NCBI GenBank assembly: GCA_965248265.1
Contig: CBDFJF010000002.1
Span: 3,936,001 to 4,000,000, forward strand
Direction of reading: 5' to 3'
DNA from: Candidatus Latescibacterota bacterium
GTDB taxonomy: Bacteria; Latescibacterota; UBA2968; UBA8231
DNA length: 64,000 nucleotides
The notes under the pieces are model-generated. The model saw nothing but the letters and a program-made list of their open reading frames with translations, did not search any database and was not told the origin of the DNA. Below, in pieces: positions 19,031 to 29,557 of this stretch. How positions within the stretch are numbered: the stretch's first letter is position 1; the number at the start of each line of letters is the position of its first letter. The position numbers were made by a program, and so were the translations under genes.

Positions 19031-19071
19031 CGCTAACCCTTCACGGAAGACCTTCACGGAAGCGGACACAC

Positions 19072-20316
19072 TTGGCAGAACATCTGAACAACTTCGAAAA
19101 CACCAATCGGCTGTTCGACAAGGCAGCCGATGTTCTCAATCTCGATCAGGAGCTGCGGCTGTTGTTGAAGACGCCCTTCCGGGAACTCAGAGTCGAGTTG
19201 CCGTTGAAGCGCGACGATGGGCAGCTGGAGGTCTTCATCGGCTATCGCGTCCAACACAACGGTGCGCGCGGGCCGATGAAGGGCGGCCTGCGTTTCCACC
19301 CGGAGGTGGATTTCGATGAGGCCCGATCGCTGGCCTCACTGATGACCTGGAAGACGGCCCTCGTCGACGTGCCCTTCGGTGGGGCCAAGGGCGGAATCAC
19401 CTGCAACCCGCATGAGATGTCCGAGAAGGAGGTGGAGCGCCTGACCCGCACATTCACTTCGCGCATCGGCTTTGCTCTGGGCGTTCAGCGTGACATCCCC
19501 GCTCCCGACGTCAATACGAACCCACAGATCATGGCCTGGATCATGGATCAGTATGGCAATCGCTACGGTCATACTCCCGGAATCGTTACCGGAAAACCGG
19601 TAGAGCTCGGAGGCTCCCCGGGCCGCGAGGCAGCCACCGGCAGAGGGGTCAGCGTGATCACGGCCGAGGCCGCCAAGGATGTCGGCATCGAGATGCAAGG
19701 GGCACGCGTTGTGCTGCAGGGGTTCGGGAATGTCGGGTCGTTCACGGCCCAGCTTCTCGCTGACCAGGGCGCCAGCATAGTCGCCGTCAGCGATGCTTCA
19801 GGGGCAGTCTTTAACGGGGACGGCCTGGATGTCGCCGACCTGCTGGAATACACCGCGGGCAGAAACGAGCTGAAAAGCTATGGCTCGGGCGAGAAGTTGA
19901 CGAACGATGAACTTCTGGAACTGGACTGCGACATCCTCATACCCGCTGCTCTGGGCAGCGTTATCACCAAGGAGAACGCGCACCAGATCAAAACCCGTAT
20001 GGTCGTCGAGGCCGCCAACTCTCCGGTGACGACCATCGCCGACGCCATCCTTGAGGAGCGTGAGATAACCGTCGTACCCGACATCCTCGCCAATGCGGGC
20101 GGCGTCACCGGATCGTATTTCGAGTGGGTGCAGAACATCCAGGTGTTTAGCTGGGAAGAAGAAGAGTTCAATCAGAGACTCGATCGCATGATGGGCACGG
20201 CCTACCGCGACGTGGTGGTACTGATGAAACAGCACGAAGTCCCGATGCGAACGGCAGCCTACATGATCGCCATGGACCGGGTCGGCAAGGCTGAGCGGTT
20301 GAGGGGTGGATGGTAG
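19072..20316 (+). CDS. gdhA: Glutamate dehydrogenase (Glu/Leu/Phe/Val family)
   Basis: GPMKGGLRF, MTWK, GGAKGG, PAPDVNT, GFGNVG, NAGGV; probable TTG start. Confidence 0.93.
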   Translation: MAEHLNNFENTNRLFDKAADVLNLDQELRLLLKTPFRELRVELPLKRDDGQLEVFIGYRVQHNGARGPMKGGLRFHPEVDFDEARSLASLMTWKTALVDVPFGGAKGGITCNPHEMSEKEVERLTRTFTSRIGFALGVQRDIPAPDVNTNPQIMAWIMDQYGNRYGHTPGIVTGKPVELGGSPGREAATGRGVSVITAEAAKDVGIEMQGARVVLQGFGNVGSFTAQLLADQGASIVAVSDASGAVFNGDGLDVADLLEYTAGRNELKSYGSGEKLTNDELLELDCDILIPAALGSVITKENAHQIKTRMVVEAANSPVTTIADAILEEREITVVPDILANAGGVTGSYFEWVQNIQVFSWEEEEFNQRLDRMMGTAYRDVVVLMKQHEVPMRTAAYMIAMDRVGKAERLRGGW

Positions 20317-20319
20317 GAC

Positions 20320-22212
20320 GTGGACAAGCTTTCCTGGCTCCTCGTCTTCATCCTCGGGTACTGGGCCTATTGTATTTTCTGGGGCCTGAAGGGAGCACGC
20401 CAGGCGCGTACGGCGAGTGACTATTTTATCGCCGGTCGATCGATCAGTCTTTGGGTCTTCGTCCTGGCCGCCACGGCGACCTCCTTCAGCGGCTGGACCT
20501 TCGTCGGTCATCCGGGCACCATCTATAACGTCGGACTGCCCTACGCCTTCGCCTCCTTCTACGCCATCACCATACCCCTGACAGGCGTAATTTTTCTCAA
20601 GCGTCAGTGGTTGCTGGGCAAACGCTTCGGCTACATCACCCCTGGTGAAATGTTCAGCGACTACTATCGCACCGACTGGATGCGGCTGCTGACGGTCGTC
20701 GTCGCCATGATCTTCAGCATCCCCTACCTGGGCATCCAGCTACGCGCCTCCGGCCTTCTGTTCAACCGCCTCCTTGCCGGCACCGCGCTGGCCGACAGCT
20801 TTGTCGGCACCGTCGAAGGGGGCGCCATTCTGCTGTCGGTCGTCGTCTTCCTGTACGTCGCCTCCGGGGGCCTGCGCTCCGTCGCCTACGTCGACTGCGC
20901 CCAGTGTATCCTGCTGGCGCTGGGGATTGTCGTCCTCGGGTTTGTTGCACTCGACTTCGTGGGCGGATGGGAGAGTTTCAAGATGGGGCTGGCCGGTCTT
21001 GCCCGGGAGAGCAAAGACATGGTGGCGATACCCACGAGGCCCGAATCAACCTCCTTCTTAGAGCGTACCGGCGTCATGTTCTGGGACGCTGCTGGCGGCC
21101 CCTGGACGGGCATGATGATCCTGACCTACATGTTCGCACTCATGGGCATCCAGTCGGCGCCCGCCTTTTCCATGTGGGCCTTCGCCAACAAGGACCCTCG
21201 GCCCTTTCCTCTGCAGCAAGTCTTCGCCTCGTCGCTGGTGATCGGAGGCATCATGTTTTTTTTCACTGCCTTTCAAGGATTGGCCGGCACCATCAGCGAT
21301 CGTGGTATCCTGTCGGGTGTTGCCAAACTGGGCCTTCCGCTGAACAGCGAGGGCAAGCCGATCTCTGACTATCTGGTGCCCTATCTCATCGACAGCTTGT
21401 CCTCGGGATTTCCCTGGCTGGTCGGTCTGTTGGCCGTGTGCGCCCTGGCGGCGATGCAATCGACAGGGGCAGCCTACATGTCGACGGCCAGCGGCATAAT
21501 TACCCGCGACCTCTACAAGCACTTCTTCAACAAGGAAGCATCCCACCGTGCGCAGGTCACCGTCGGCCGTGTCAGCGTCGCCCTGATCGTGTCCGCGGCC
21601 CTGATGGTGGGTCTGTCGAGCGGCGATCTGCTGGTGTTGCTGGGAGGAGCAGCAGTCTCCTATGGCTTTCAGATGTGGCCGGCACTGCTGGGCATCTGCT
21701 ACATCCGCTTCTTCACTCCGGCTGGTGTGGTTTGTGGATTAATTGCCGGGGTTACGGCCGTCACCTTCACCTACGCCACCCAGCTCGGCGACCTGATCGG
21801 TATTGGCCGCTATCCGCTTACCATCCACAGTGCCGGCTGGGGCATCCTGTTCAATCTTGGCTTCACCGTAATCGTCTCCGCGTTTACCCAACCTCGCGAC
21901 CGTGAATCCATCTCCCGGCGTGACGGCTATCACGATTTCATCCACGGCCATACTCAACTCTCACCTCAAAAACGCCGATGGCGTAAACCAATTTGGACCC
22001 TGACGATCGTCTGGTTCCTGTTCGCCATCGGCCCCTTCGCCGTCCTGGGCAATGAAGCCGACCCCAATGCCTGGTCGTTCGGCATCCCCAGCTTGTGGAT
22101 CTGGCAGATCGTATGGTGGCTTGTTGGCTGCATCGTCATGTACCTCTTGGCCTTCAAGCTCGAGATGTCTACGGCGCCAAAGGACGAAGTCATGGCGGCC
22201 GCTGCCGAATAA
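20320..22212 (+). CDS. Sodium:solute symporter family protein
   Basis: DYFIAGRS, ATSFSGWTF, GGLRSVAYVD, AAMQST; multiple TM helices. Confidence 0.92.
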   Translation: MDKLSWLLVFILGYWAYCIFWGLKGARQARTASDYFIAGRSISLWVFVLAATATSFSGWTFVGHPGTIYNVGLPYAFASFYAITIPLTGVIFLKRQWLLGKRFGYITPGEMFSDYYRTDWMRLLTVVVAMIFSIPYLGIQLRASGLLFNRLLAGTALADSFVGTVEGGAILLSVVVFLYVASGGLRSVAYVDCAQCILLALGIVVLGFVALDFVGGWESFKMGLAGLARESKDMVAIPTRPESTSFLERTGVMFWDAAGGPWTGMMILTYMFALMGIQSAPAFSMWAFANKDPRPFPLQQVFASSLVIGGIMFFFTAFQGLAGTISDRGILSGVAKLGLPLNSEGKPISDYLVPYLIDSLSSGFPWLVGLLAVCALAAMQSTGAAYMSTASGIITRDLYKHFFNKEASHRAQVTVGRVSVALIVSAALMVGLSSGDLLVLLGGAAVSYGFQMWPALLGICYIRFFTPAGVVCGLIAGVTAVTFTYATQLGDLIGIGRYPLTIHSAGWGILFNLGFTVIVSAFTQPRDRESISRRDGYHDFIHGHTQLSPQKRRWRKPIWTLTIVWFLFAIGPFAVLGNEADPNAWSFGIPSLWIWQIVWWLVGCIVMYLLAFKLEMSTAPKDEVMAAAAE

Positions 22213-22227
22213 AAGCAGGCACTCATC

Positions 22228-23922
22228 GTGGCGGCCCGTTCAGTACGCTTCCTTCTTGCCCTCCTGATCAGCTGCGGCATCTCCGTTTCGCTGCCGGAAC
22301 TCGACGGTGTCAGCGGCTGGGCGCTGTTCCCCCCGTTGACTGCCGTTCTCGTGGCCGTATTCACGGGCAGGCTGATACTGGGCCTTTCCACGGCGGTGGT
22401 GGGCACGGCGGCAGTCAGTCTGGTCTCGACCATACCGCCGCTGCAGCTGCCGGCGGCCGTCGTGCACCGTGCGTTCGCCGAGTTTATCTGGCAGCCTCTG
22501 AATTCCAGCTTCCAGCCGTTCGTCCTGTTCTTCACGGTAAGCCTCATCGGCATGGTCCGTGTCGTGTCTCTGGCCGGGGGTACCCAGGGAATTGCTCAGG
22601 CGCTGGCGCGCCGGGCTGAAGGCGCGCGGTCGACACGTCTGGCCACCTTCGCCATGGGACTGGCCATCTTTTTCGATGACTACGCCAACACCATGGTGGT
22701 CGGAACGACGATGAGACCGGTTGCCGAGCGCTTCCACATTTCGCGCGAGAAGATCGCCTACATCGTCGATTCCACGGCAGCACCTGTGGCTGGGGTTGCC
22801 CTGATCAGCACATGGATTGGCTACGAAGTCGGTTTGTTCGGCGAGGCCATGGCTGGCACGGGGTCAGCGGTTTCCGGCTATGAGTTATTTTTGAGAGCGC
22901 TGCCGTCCCGCTTCTACTGTCTGCTGACCCTCCTGTTTGTCGCCTCCTCCATTCTGCTGCGGCGCGATTTCGGACCGATGTTGCGGGCGGAACGTCGGGC
23001 TCACTCCGGTGACTCCATGACGGGCGTGAACACGACCGACGAGAGCGCTCAAATCGAGGGCCTCTCTGCCCAACCCGGCGTCGACCCACACTGGGCGTAC
23101 GCCGTAGTGCCGGTTGCCTGTGTCATCGCTGGTGTCATCGCGGGGATGCATCTGGATAGCTGGCACGCTGCGGCAGTGGAAGAGGCGCGCCGGCATCACG
23201 CCTTCTGGAGCCGGGATTACTGGACCATCGTTTTCGGAAATGCTGAGGGAGCCAAGGTCATGTTCCTGGCATCCCTGGCAGGCACGGCGTTGGCCTTCGC
23301 CATCGCCCTGACTCGCCGAGCGTCCGATGGGCACCGGCCCATCACCCCCATGATGGCCTTGAAAAGCTGGGGCGGTGGGAGAAGCGGCGCTCTACACATG
23401 GTGACCATCCTGGCGATCCTCACGCTGGCCTGGGCCATAAAGGAAGCCTGTAACGCAGTGAGCACCTCCGCTTACCTTGTTAGTGCCGTGGGCGCTGAGA
23501 TTCCACCCACCACCCTGCCCCTGCTGGTGTTCCTGTTGGCTTCGGTTGTCTCTTTCGCCATCGGCACCTCATGGACGACGATGGCCATCCTGATTCCTAC
23601 CATGATTCCGCTCGCTCACGAGTTGGGGGGGCTTCCCATCGTTGTACTGGTCGCAGCCGCCGTACTGGATGGGGCCATCTTTGGTGACCATTGCTCGCCG
23701 ATCAGCGACACCACCGTGCTCGCGAGCGCGGCCACATCTTGCGATCACCTCAATCACGTACGGACGCAGATACCCTATGCCGTCTGCACCATGGGGATCG
23801 CCGCCCTGTGCGGCTACCTCGGCTCGGCGCTCTGGTCGGCCTATACCGGGCTTGGTTTGGGGGCCGTCTGTGTGTTGGTGTTGTTACTCGTACTGGGTCG
23901 CAATCCGGACGCCGTGGACTGA
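22228..23922 (+). CDS. Na+/H+ antiporter NhaC family protein
   Basis: FFDDYAN, SREKIAYIVDSTAAP, GTSW, FGDHCSPISDTT. Confidence 0.92.
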   Translation: MAARSVRFLLALLISCGISVSLPELDGVSGWALFPPLTAVLVAVFTGRLILGLSTAVVGTAAVSLVSTIPPLQLPAAVVHRAFAEFIWQPLNSSFQPFVLFFTVSLIGMVRVVSLAGGTQGIAQALARRAEGARSTRLATFAMGLAIFFDDYANTMVVGTTMRPVAERFHISREKIAYIVDSTAAPVAGVALISTWIGYEVGLFGEAMAGTGSAVSGYELFLRALPSRFYCLLTLLFVASSILLRRDFGPMLRAERRAHSGDSMTGVNTTDESAQIEGLSAQPGVDPHWAYAVVPVACVIAGVIAGMHLDSWHAAAVEEARRHHAFWSRDYWTIVFGNAEGAKVMFLASLAGTALAFAIALTRRASDGHRPITPMMALKSWGGGRSGALHMVTILAILTLAWAIKEACNAVSTSAYLVSAVGAEIPPTTLPLLVFLLASVVSFAIGTSWTTMAILIPTMIPLAHELGGLPIVVLVAAAVLDGAIFGDHCSPISDTTVLASAATSCDHLNHVRTQIPYAVCTMGIAALCGYLGSALWSAYTGLGLGAVCVLVLLLVLGRNPDAVD

Positions 23923-23925
23923 TCG

Positions 23926-24471
23926 CTACCAGCTGGCCGTCATGCGGTCGACGATTTCCTCGATGATCATGCCTAATGCTGCCTCGATTGCCGGATCCCT
24001 GCCATCCTCATCGGGCAACCCCTCGTCATAGGTCCCCCAACCCGATAGCTCCTCGAGCTCAAGCAGCACGCTCTGATCCGAACTCCTCGTCAAGGCGGCG
24101 GTAACGAAGAGCTGAATGCGGTACTGTTCAGTCTGCTCAGCCGCCGTGTAGGTAAACGGTCGATCGACGATGCGCCGCAACTGCAGGCCGAGCACCGCAT
24201 CGGCGCTTCCCTCGTCCACAACCCTCAACCTGCCATCTTCAGCAAAACCGTCCGTCGTCCTTTCACTCAGCAGGTCGGCGATGCGCTCTTCGGCGGTGTC
24301 GTTCTCAGCCAGGGGGATCGCCACGCTTCGTATGCCACCGATCAACCCGGAACTGGTCGAGTACCGGGCACATCCGAGCAAGCAGCACAGAATCACGCAA
24401 AGAGCGAGCGGCAGCAGGCCTCCCCTCCCCGAACACACGTCAACGCGCATGCGGTGCATGCGAGAAATCAC
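23926..24471 (-). CDS. LptE-family LPS assembly lipoprotein
   Basis: Lipobox LLGC; SVAIPLAENDT pattern; ends W-stop. Start uncertain. Confidence 0.75.
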   Translation of the reverse strand: MISRMHRMRVDVCSGRGGLLPLALCVILCCLLGCARYSTSSGLIGGIRSVAIPLAENDTAEERIADLLSERTTDGFAEDGRLRVVDEGSADAVLGLQLRRIVDRPFTYTAAEQTEQYRIQLFVTAALTRSSDQSVLLELEELSGWGTYDEGLPDEDGRDPAIEAALGMIIEEIVDRMTASW

Positions 24472-25046
24472 GCGGAAGATGATTGATTATCTGCGGGTGG
24501 TTGAGTCTCAGCTTCGACCTTGCTCTCGCCGGACTCCTGCAAAGTGTCGTAGGTCGTCGACGGCAGGTCCTGCGCGCTGCCGCCGGTTTCCGGCTTGTCA
24601 GTAGCTGGTTGTTCGGCTGACTCCATGAGGTCAGCCAGTTCCACACGACGCGCAAGATCGCCAACCTCTATCGGCTTTACGGCTGGGCGACCGGCCATGC
24701 CACTGGTACGGACGTCGAGTGCGTTGCGGTTGCCCTCGCGTTCGCCGTAGAGACCGAATGAATGGCGCACCATGAGCGTGCTCAAGGTGCCGGAGGTTTC
24801 GGCCTGAGCCGTCAATGACGACCGCACCGTGCTCATCCTCTCCTGCACATGCGTTACCACGACGCGCGCCTTCGCCACCTCCCACTGCCCCAGGCTGTCG
24901 CCGGTATCCGGATCGGTGATTTCCTGGTGTTGGGCAACGACATCGAACAGCATGCCCTCTTTAACCCCCATCTGGCTCCCGGCATTCAACACCAAGGTCG
25001 TATCATCCATGACGGCCGCGACCTTGGCGACGATGGTGTCAGTCAT
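24468..25046 (-). CDS. Hypothetical protein, FlgT C-terminal-like domain
   Basis: LNAGSQMGVKEGMLFDV...ITDPDTGDSLG. Confidence 0.65.
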   Translation of the reverse strand: MTDTIVAKVAAVMDDTTLVLNAGSQMGVKEGMLFDVVAQHQEITDPDTGDSLGQWEVAKARVVVTHVQERMSTVRSSLTAQAETSGTLSTLMVRHSFGLYGEREGNRNALDVRTSGMAGRPAVKPIEVGDLARRVELADLMESAEQPATDKPETGGSAQDLPSTTYDTLQESGESKVEAETQPPADNQSSSA

Positions 25047-25138
25047 CCGTGTGTCCCTCTTCTACTACAACAAAAGCCGGCTCGCGAAAGAATCGCCAGC
25101 CGGCCAGGTGAAGTCGCTGCAAACTATTCGTTCCCCAC

Positions 25139-26173
25139 TCACTCCCCGGTGTTGGCTGCCATCCAATTCGTTATCGTATCGTCGCTCTCCCAGTCGAGAA
25201 GGTGAAGCGAGGGATCGACATACCCCCCGTCAGCGCTGCGAAGTCGCTTCTGAAGCCGGACTGCGTAATGCAGGTGGGGACCCGTGGAGCGACCGCTGTT
25301 GCCCATGGTCCCGATCACATCTCCGCGCTTGACACGGTCGCCCTTTTCTACATGCCGATGCTCGAGATGACCGTATTCGGTGCGCCACTTACCGGGAACC
25401 GTAAAGAACTCGCCATCGTCGTTGACCCCTTGGGCATCATGACGGACGACAATGGCGTTGCCCAGTTTAGTCTTGTTGTCGCGAGAATAGACCACCACAC
25501 CGTCCGCCGTGGCGTAGATGGGGGTCCCCTTGCGCCCCGCGAAGTCTATGCCGTTGTGGCGCATTGGAAGCCCGGTGAACGGATCTTCGCGCTTGCCGAA
25601 CTCGGAGGAAACCCAGGTCCAATCCCTGGGAACCGGCGCGATGCTCGGCAGGGTCGTCCTGTTCTTCTCACTCTTCAGGAAGTTCGCACGGATTACCTCG
25701 AAACTGCTTTCCTGGAGTTTTGTCTCGATCTGAAGCCGGTTGATACGCGAACTGATGTCCTCAAGCAGGCGCCGTTTGGCCGGAGACAATTGAGTGTAGT
25801 CGTCGGGCAGGTCTTCCAGCCCTCCTCCCCTACCACCCATGCGATCATCTTCCGTGAGGACATCCATGTCGTGCAGATTGCGCAGGATCTGGTCGTCCAC
25901 GGCAAGCGCCTTCATCGCCTGAACCATCTCATCGATCTCTTTTTCGTTCCGCTCCAAACCGTCGACAAGGACCGCGTTTTGTTCCTGTAAAGACGCGATG
26001 ATGCCCTGCTCCTCGGTGTGTGCGTAGTACCCGAGTGAGTAGTAGCATAGGGCGCCGACGAAGGCGAGGCAGAAAACGCCTAGCAACAACAACAGTTTCG
26101 TCGAGAACTTGAACTCGTGAACCTGCCCGTCATTTGGCGGAATTACTATGAAAGTAACACGTTTTCTCGGCAT
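25139..26173 (-). CDS. M23 family metallopeptidase
   Basis: HNGIDF, YGHL, GNSGRSTGPHLHY; N-terminal TM plus coiled coil. Confidence 0.93.
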   Translation of the reverse strand: MPRKRVTFIVIPPNDGQVHEFKFSTKLLLLLGVFCLAFVGALCYYSLGYYAHTEEQGIIASLQEQNAVLVDGLERNEKEIDEMVQAMKALAVDDQILRNLHDMDVLTEDDRMGGRGGGLEDLPDDYTQLSPAKRRLLEDISSRINRLQIETKLQESSFEVIRANFLKSEKNRTTLPSIAPVPRDWTWVSSEFGKREDPFTGLPMRHNGIDFAGRKGTPIYATADGVVVYSRDNKTKLGNAIVVRHDAQGVNDDGEFFTVPGKWRTEYGHLEHRHVEKGDRVKRGDVIGTMGNSGRSTGPHLHYAVRLQKRLRSADGGYVDPSLHLLDWESDDTITNWMAANTGE

Positions 26174-26540
26174 GGTGCGGAGGGTCTACCTGAGCGCAGG
26201 GAAGGGTGATTCTGTCTCGAAAAATTCCATAATAGTACTGGCCGCCAATTTAGCCTCTCATTTAGTAAATGTCAATACATACACGACTTGCGCTGAATCC
26301 TTGCAACAGCAGTTGCTCTCTCGGTATCGGCACCTGCGCCCCTTCACTGCAGGCGCCGCTGACCAGCCATCGGTTGATCCAACCGTTCCGGGCGCGTTGC
26401 CGAGCCCCGTTGCGGCTGTAGACACAGATACCTAAGTTTGTGTTTTATGGTCACTTCCGTTCCCAAAACCAGCTGGCAGCAGCAGTCAACGACTACTCCG
26501 TGGTGATCCGGTTATCCACCAATCAACAACAATACAGGGG

Positions 26541-28433
26541 GTGAGGATGAAAGGCGGTATGGCCACGGTGTTGTGTCTGGTAGCCGTGCTCTCGGGTGAC
26601 AACCGAGTCGACGCGTCAGGCTCCACGAAGGATGAGTTCAAGACCTATCTGATACCAGTGGTCCAACACATACGCGACTATTACATAGACGAGGTCTCTC
26701 CTGACACCCTGATGCAGGCTGGAGTTAGGGGGATTTTCCACACCCTTGATCCTGCTTCCGATTACGACATTACCTCCGACGCCGTTGACTGGAACACCAA
26801 CATGTCGATCCTGCAGGCGATCACAAGTGAGGTGGACACCAAGGCGTTCTACTCCGTTGGGCCTGACACGCTCATCCGCGCGGGCATCGGTGGCATGATG
26901 TCCGTCCTCGACCCGGACACCGTGTTCCTGGAGAAACTCAACCTGGACAACTTCCTCATCAACACCCGGGGAAAGTACGGCGGCCTTGGCTTCCGTATTC
27001 AGGTCGTATACCCTGACAGTGCCATCGCGGTGTCCTCCTTATTGCACGATGAAACCCCTGCCGCCAGGGCAGGGGTTCGCTCCGGCGACCTCATAACGGC
27101 CATCGACGACAGTGTCACCACCCACATGACGGCGAGTGACGCCGCCAAGTTGATGCGTGGCGACGAAAACACACCGGTCACGTTGACGATCGAGCGGGCG
27201 GGTCACGATGAACCGCTGTACATCACCATCGTGCGCGAGGTAATACAGATCAAGTCCGTCCCCTACTATGGCCTGCTGGCTGATTCCACCGGGTACATCA
27301 AACTCAGCGCCTTTCAGAAAAACTCTGCAAACGAGGTTCGAAAGGCTTTGAAGAGCGTGCTGGCCGCAGGCGGCAGGAGCTTGATCTTCGACTTGCGACA
27401 AAACGGCGGTGGGTATCTCGATGAGGCGGTCAAGACGGCCGATTTGTTCCTGCCCAAGGATAGACTGGTCGTGTTCACGGCCGGCCGGGCCTTCAAGGAC
27501 ACGACCAAATACGTGACCCGAAACGAAGCGATGCTAGAGGATGACTTCCCCCTGATCATCCTTGTCGATGGACACTCCGCGAGCGCATCCGAGATTGTCT
27601 CGGGAGCCGTTCAGGACTGGGATCGAGGCCTCATCATTGGCGGACCGACGGTGGGCAAGGGGTCCGTCCAACAGACCGTCCCGATCGGTGACAGAGCCGA
27701 ACTCAAACTGACGATGGCGGCCTATTTCTTGCCCAGCGGACGATCGATTGACAAGCGCATGCGCAAAGATTCCACCCTGGTCGCACTCGCTGACAGAGAG
27801 TTCCGTACCAAAATCCTCGGCCGCATCGCCCATGGGGCCGGTGGCGTCACCCCGGATATTCCCATGGATCGACGTCGACGGACCCCGCTCTATTCGCAGC
27901 TGGATGGCTGGCGCACTTGGGACAGCAAATTCTTTCGGTACACCAGACAGTACCACGTGGACCACCCCGAAATCACGGAAGACTTCGTTGCCGACAAGTC
28001 AACGCTCGATGATTTCAAGGACTTCACGGAGGAGCGGGAATTCGAGTACGTGAGCGAGGTCGAGAAACGCCTGGAGGGGTTGAGTCAACACCTGGAAGAA
28101 GAAGAGGCGTTGGATGACCTGAAGAAGCCGATGCGCCGACTCCGTGAGGAGATCGAGGAGATCGAGGAGAACCACTGGGAAGCGAATGAGGAACTGATCG
28201 AATGGAGACTGACATACGACATTCTCGAGAAGAACCTCGGTATCTGGAGTGCTCACCGCTACGATGTCACCATGGACCCTCAAATCCAACGCGCCGTCGA
28301 GATACTCTCCTCTCCCCACGACTACGAGAGCTACCTCAGCCGCCGTGAAATCGGTGTCGATGACGACGATGAGTCCGTCGATGACGACGATGAGTCCGTC
28401 GCGGCCACAGCGGATTCGGTGACATCTCAGTGA
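26541..28433 (+). CDS. S41 C-terminal processing protease (CtpA-like) with PDZ domain
   Basis: GGLGF PDZ loop, DLRQNGGG, SASASEI, GKGSVQ. Confidence 0.93.
   Translation: MRMKGGMATVLCLVAVLSGDNRVDASGSTKDEFKTYLIPVVQHIRDYYIDEVSPDTLMQAGVRGIFHTLDPASDYDITSDAVDWNTNMSILQAITSEVDTKAFYSVGPDTLIRAGIGGMMSVLDPDTVFLEKLNLDNFLINTRGKYGGLGFRIQVVYPDSAIAVSSLLHDETPAARAGVRSGDLITAIDDSVTTHMTASDAAKLMRGDENTPVTLTIERAGHDEPLYITIVREVIQIKSVPYYGLLADSTGYIKLSAFQKNSANEVRKALKSVLAAGGRSLIFDLRQNGGGYLDEAVKTADLFLPKDRLVVFTAGRAFKDTTKYVTRNEAMLEDDFPLIILVDGHSASASEIVSGAVQDWDRGLIIGGPTVGKGSVQQTVPIGDRAELKLTMAAYFLPSGRSIDKRMRKDSTLVALADREFRTKILGRIAHGAGGVTPDIPMDRRRRTPLYSQLDGWRTWDSKFFRYTRQYHVDHPEITEDFVADKSTLDDFKDFTEEREFEYVSEVEKRLEGLSQHLEEEEALDDLKKPMRRLREEIEEIEENHWEANEELIEWRLTYDILEKNLGIWSAHRYDVTMDPQIQRAVEILSSPHDYESYLSRREIGVDDDDESVDDDDESVAATADSVTSQ
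28356..28401 (+). repeat. 21-bp perfect tandem duplication in the ctpA tail (VDDDDES x2)
   Basis: GTCGATGACGACGATGAGTCC twice, plus GTCG. Confidence 0.9.
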
Positions 28434-28642
28434 CTGATCCGTCGTACGTCCGTCTCACAAAAGCTTAACCCTTTGTAATTAAACAAGATAGGAAACCGCA
28501 CTCCATCCATTCAGCCATTGCTGCCTTGAATCGCTGGTGAGCGCTAGTTAGTTTTGGCGCTGTCGATTGCTGCTATATCATCGATATCGCGTTGCTGCTG
28601 GATCGGGAAAACAATTCGCAAGGTAAATGTTATCAACACGTT

Positions 28643-29548
28643 ATGAATAACAACCCCAAAAGACCGTTTCCTGAATGGCTGAAGGTAAAGGCGCCCGGAT
28701 CGAGGAATTACCTCGAGCTCAAGCGTTTGATGCGGTCATTGAATCTCAACACGGTTTGTGAGAGCGCCCATTGTCCGAACATGGGCGAATGCTGGGACAG
28801 CCGCACCGCAACCTTCATGATTCTTGGCGATGTGTGCACCCGGAGCTGTGGTTTTTGTGCGGTCAAAACGGGGAGGCCGACATGGCTTGACGAAGGAGAG
28901 CCTGAACGCGTCGCCGAGGCGATAGCCAAATTAGATCTTCGGCACGCCGTCATAACCTCCGTCAACAGAGATGAGCTGGAGGATGGCGGGGCTGGGATAT
29001 TCGCTCACACCCTGGAGGCGGTTCACCGACTCTGCCCGGAGACCACGATCGAGGTCTTGATCCCGGATTTTCAGGGAAACTGGGACGCCCTGAACGTCGT
29101 CCTCGCGGCAGCTCCCGACATTCTCAATCACAACATAGAGACGGTGCCCCGGCTCTATACCTCGATGAGGCCGCAGGCGAAATATCAGCGCTCACTGGAT
29201 CTGTTGGAACGAGCGCGGATCGACGGCAGCGCTCCTACCAAGTCTGGAATAATGCTCGGAGCTGGAGAGACGATGGAGGAGGCTGAGCAGACAATCACCG
29301 ACCTGGCGCAAGTCGGGTGTAGCATCCTCACCGTTGGCCAGTATCTGAGCCCGTCAGCCAAGCACGTGCCGATCGCCCGCTTCGTCCATCCGGACGAATT
29401 CGACGAGCTGGGCGCTTTTGCCCGCCGCATCGGCTTCGGCCACGTAGAATCGGGGCCACTGGTGCGCAGTTCCTACCATGCGGCCCAGCAAGTCGACACC
29501 TTCGAACGCACACTCGCTGAACCTCTCATAAACCTGAACTCCTTGTAG
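28643..29548 (+). CDS. lipA: Lipoyl synthase
   Basis: CESAHCPNMGECW, CTRSCGFC, RSSYHA. Confidence 0.97.
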   Translation: MNNNPKRPFPEWLKVKAPGSRNYLELKRLMRSLNLNTVCESAHCPNMGECWDSRTATFMILGDVCTRSCGFCAVKTGRPTWLDEGEPERVAEAIAKLDLRHAVITSVNRDELEDGGAGIFAHTLEAVHRLCPETTIEVLIPDFQGNWDALNVVLAAAPDILNHNIETVPRLYTSMRPQAKYQRSLDLLERARIDGSAPTKSGIMLGAGETMEEAEQTITDLAQVGCSILTVGQYLSPSAKHVPIARFVHPDEFDELGAFARRIGFGHVESGPLVRSSYHAAQQVDTFERTLAEPLINLNSL

Positions 29549-29557
29549 AATCCGATT

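Noticed and set aside
28356-28401. 21-bp repeat as a CRISPR or functional array
   Set aside because: Two adjacent copies with no spacer, in frame in a disordered acidic tail; simple slippage or an assembly artefact.
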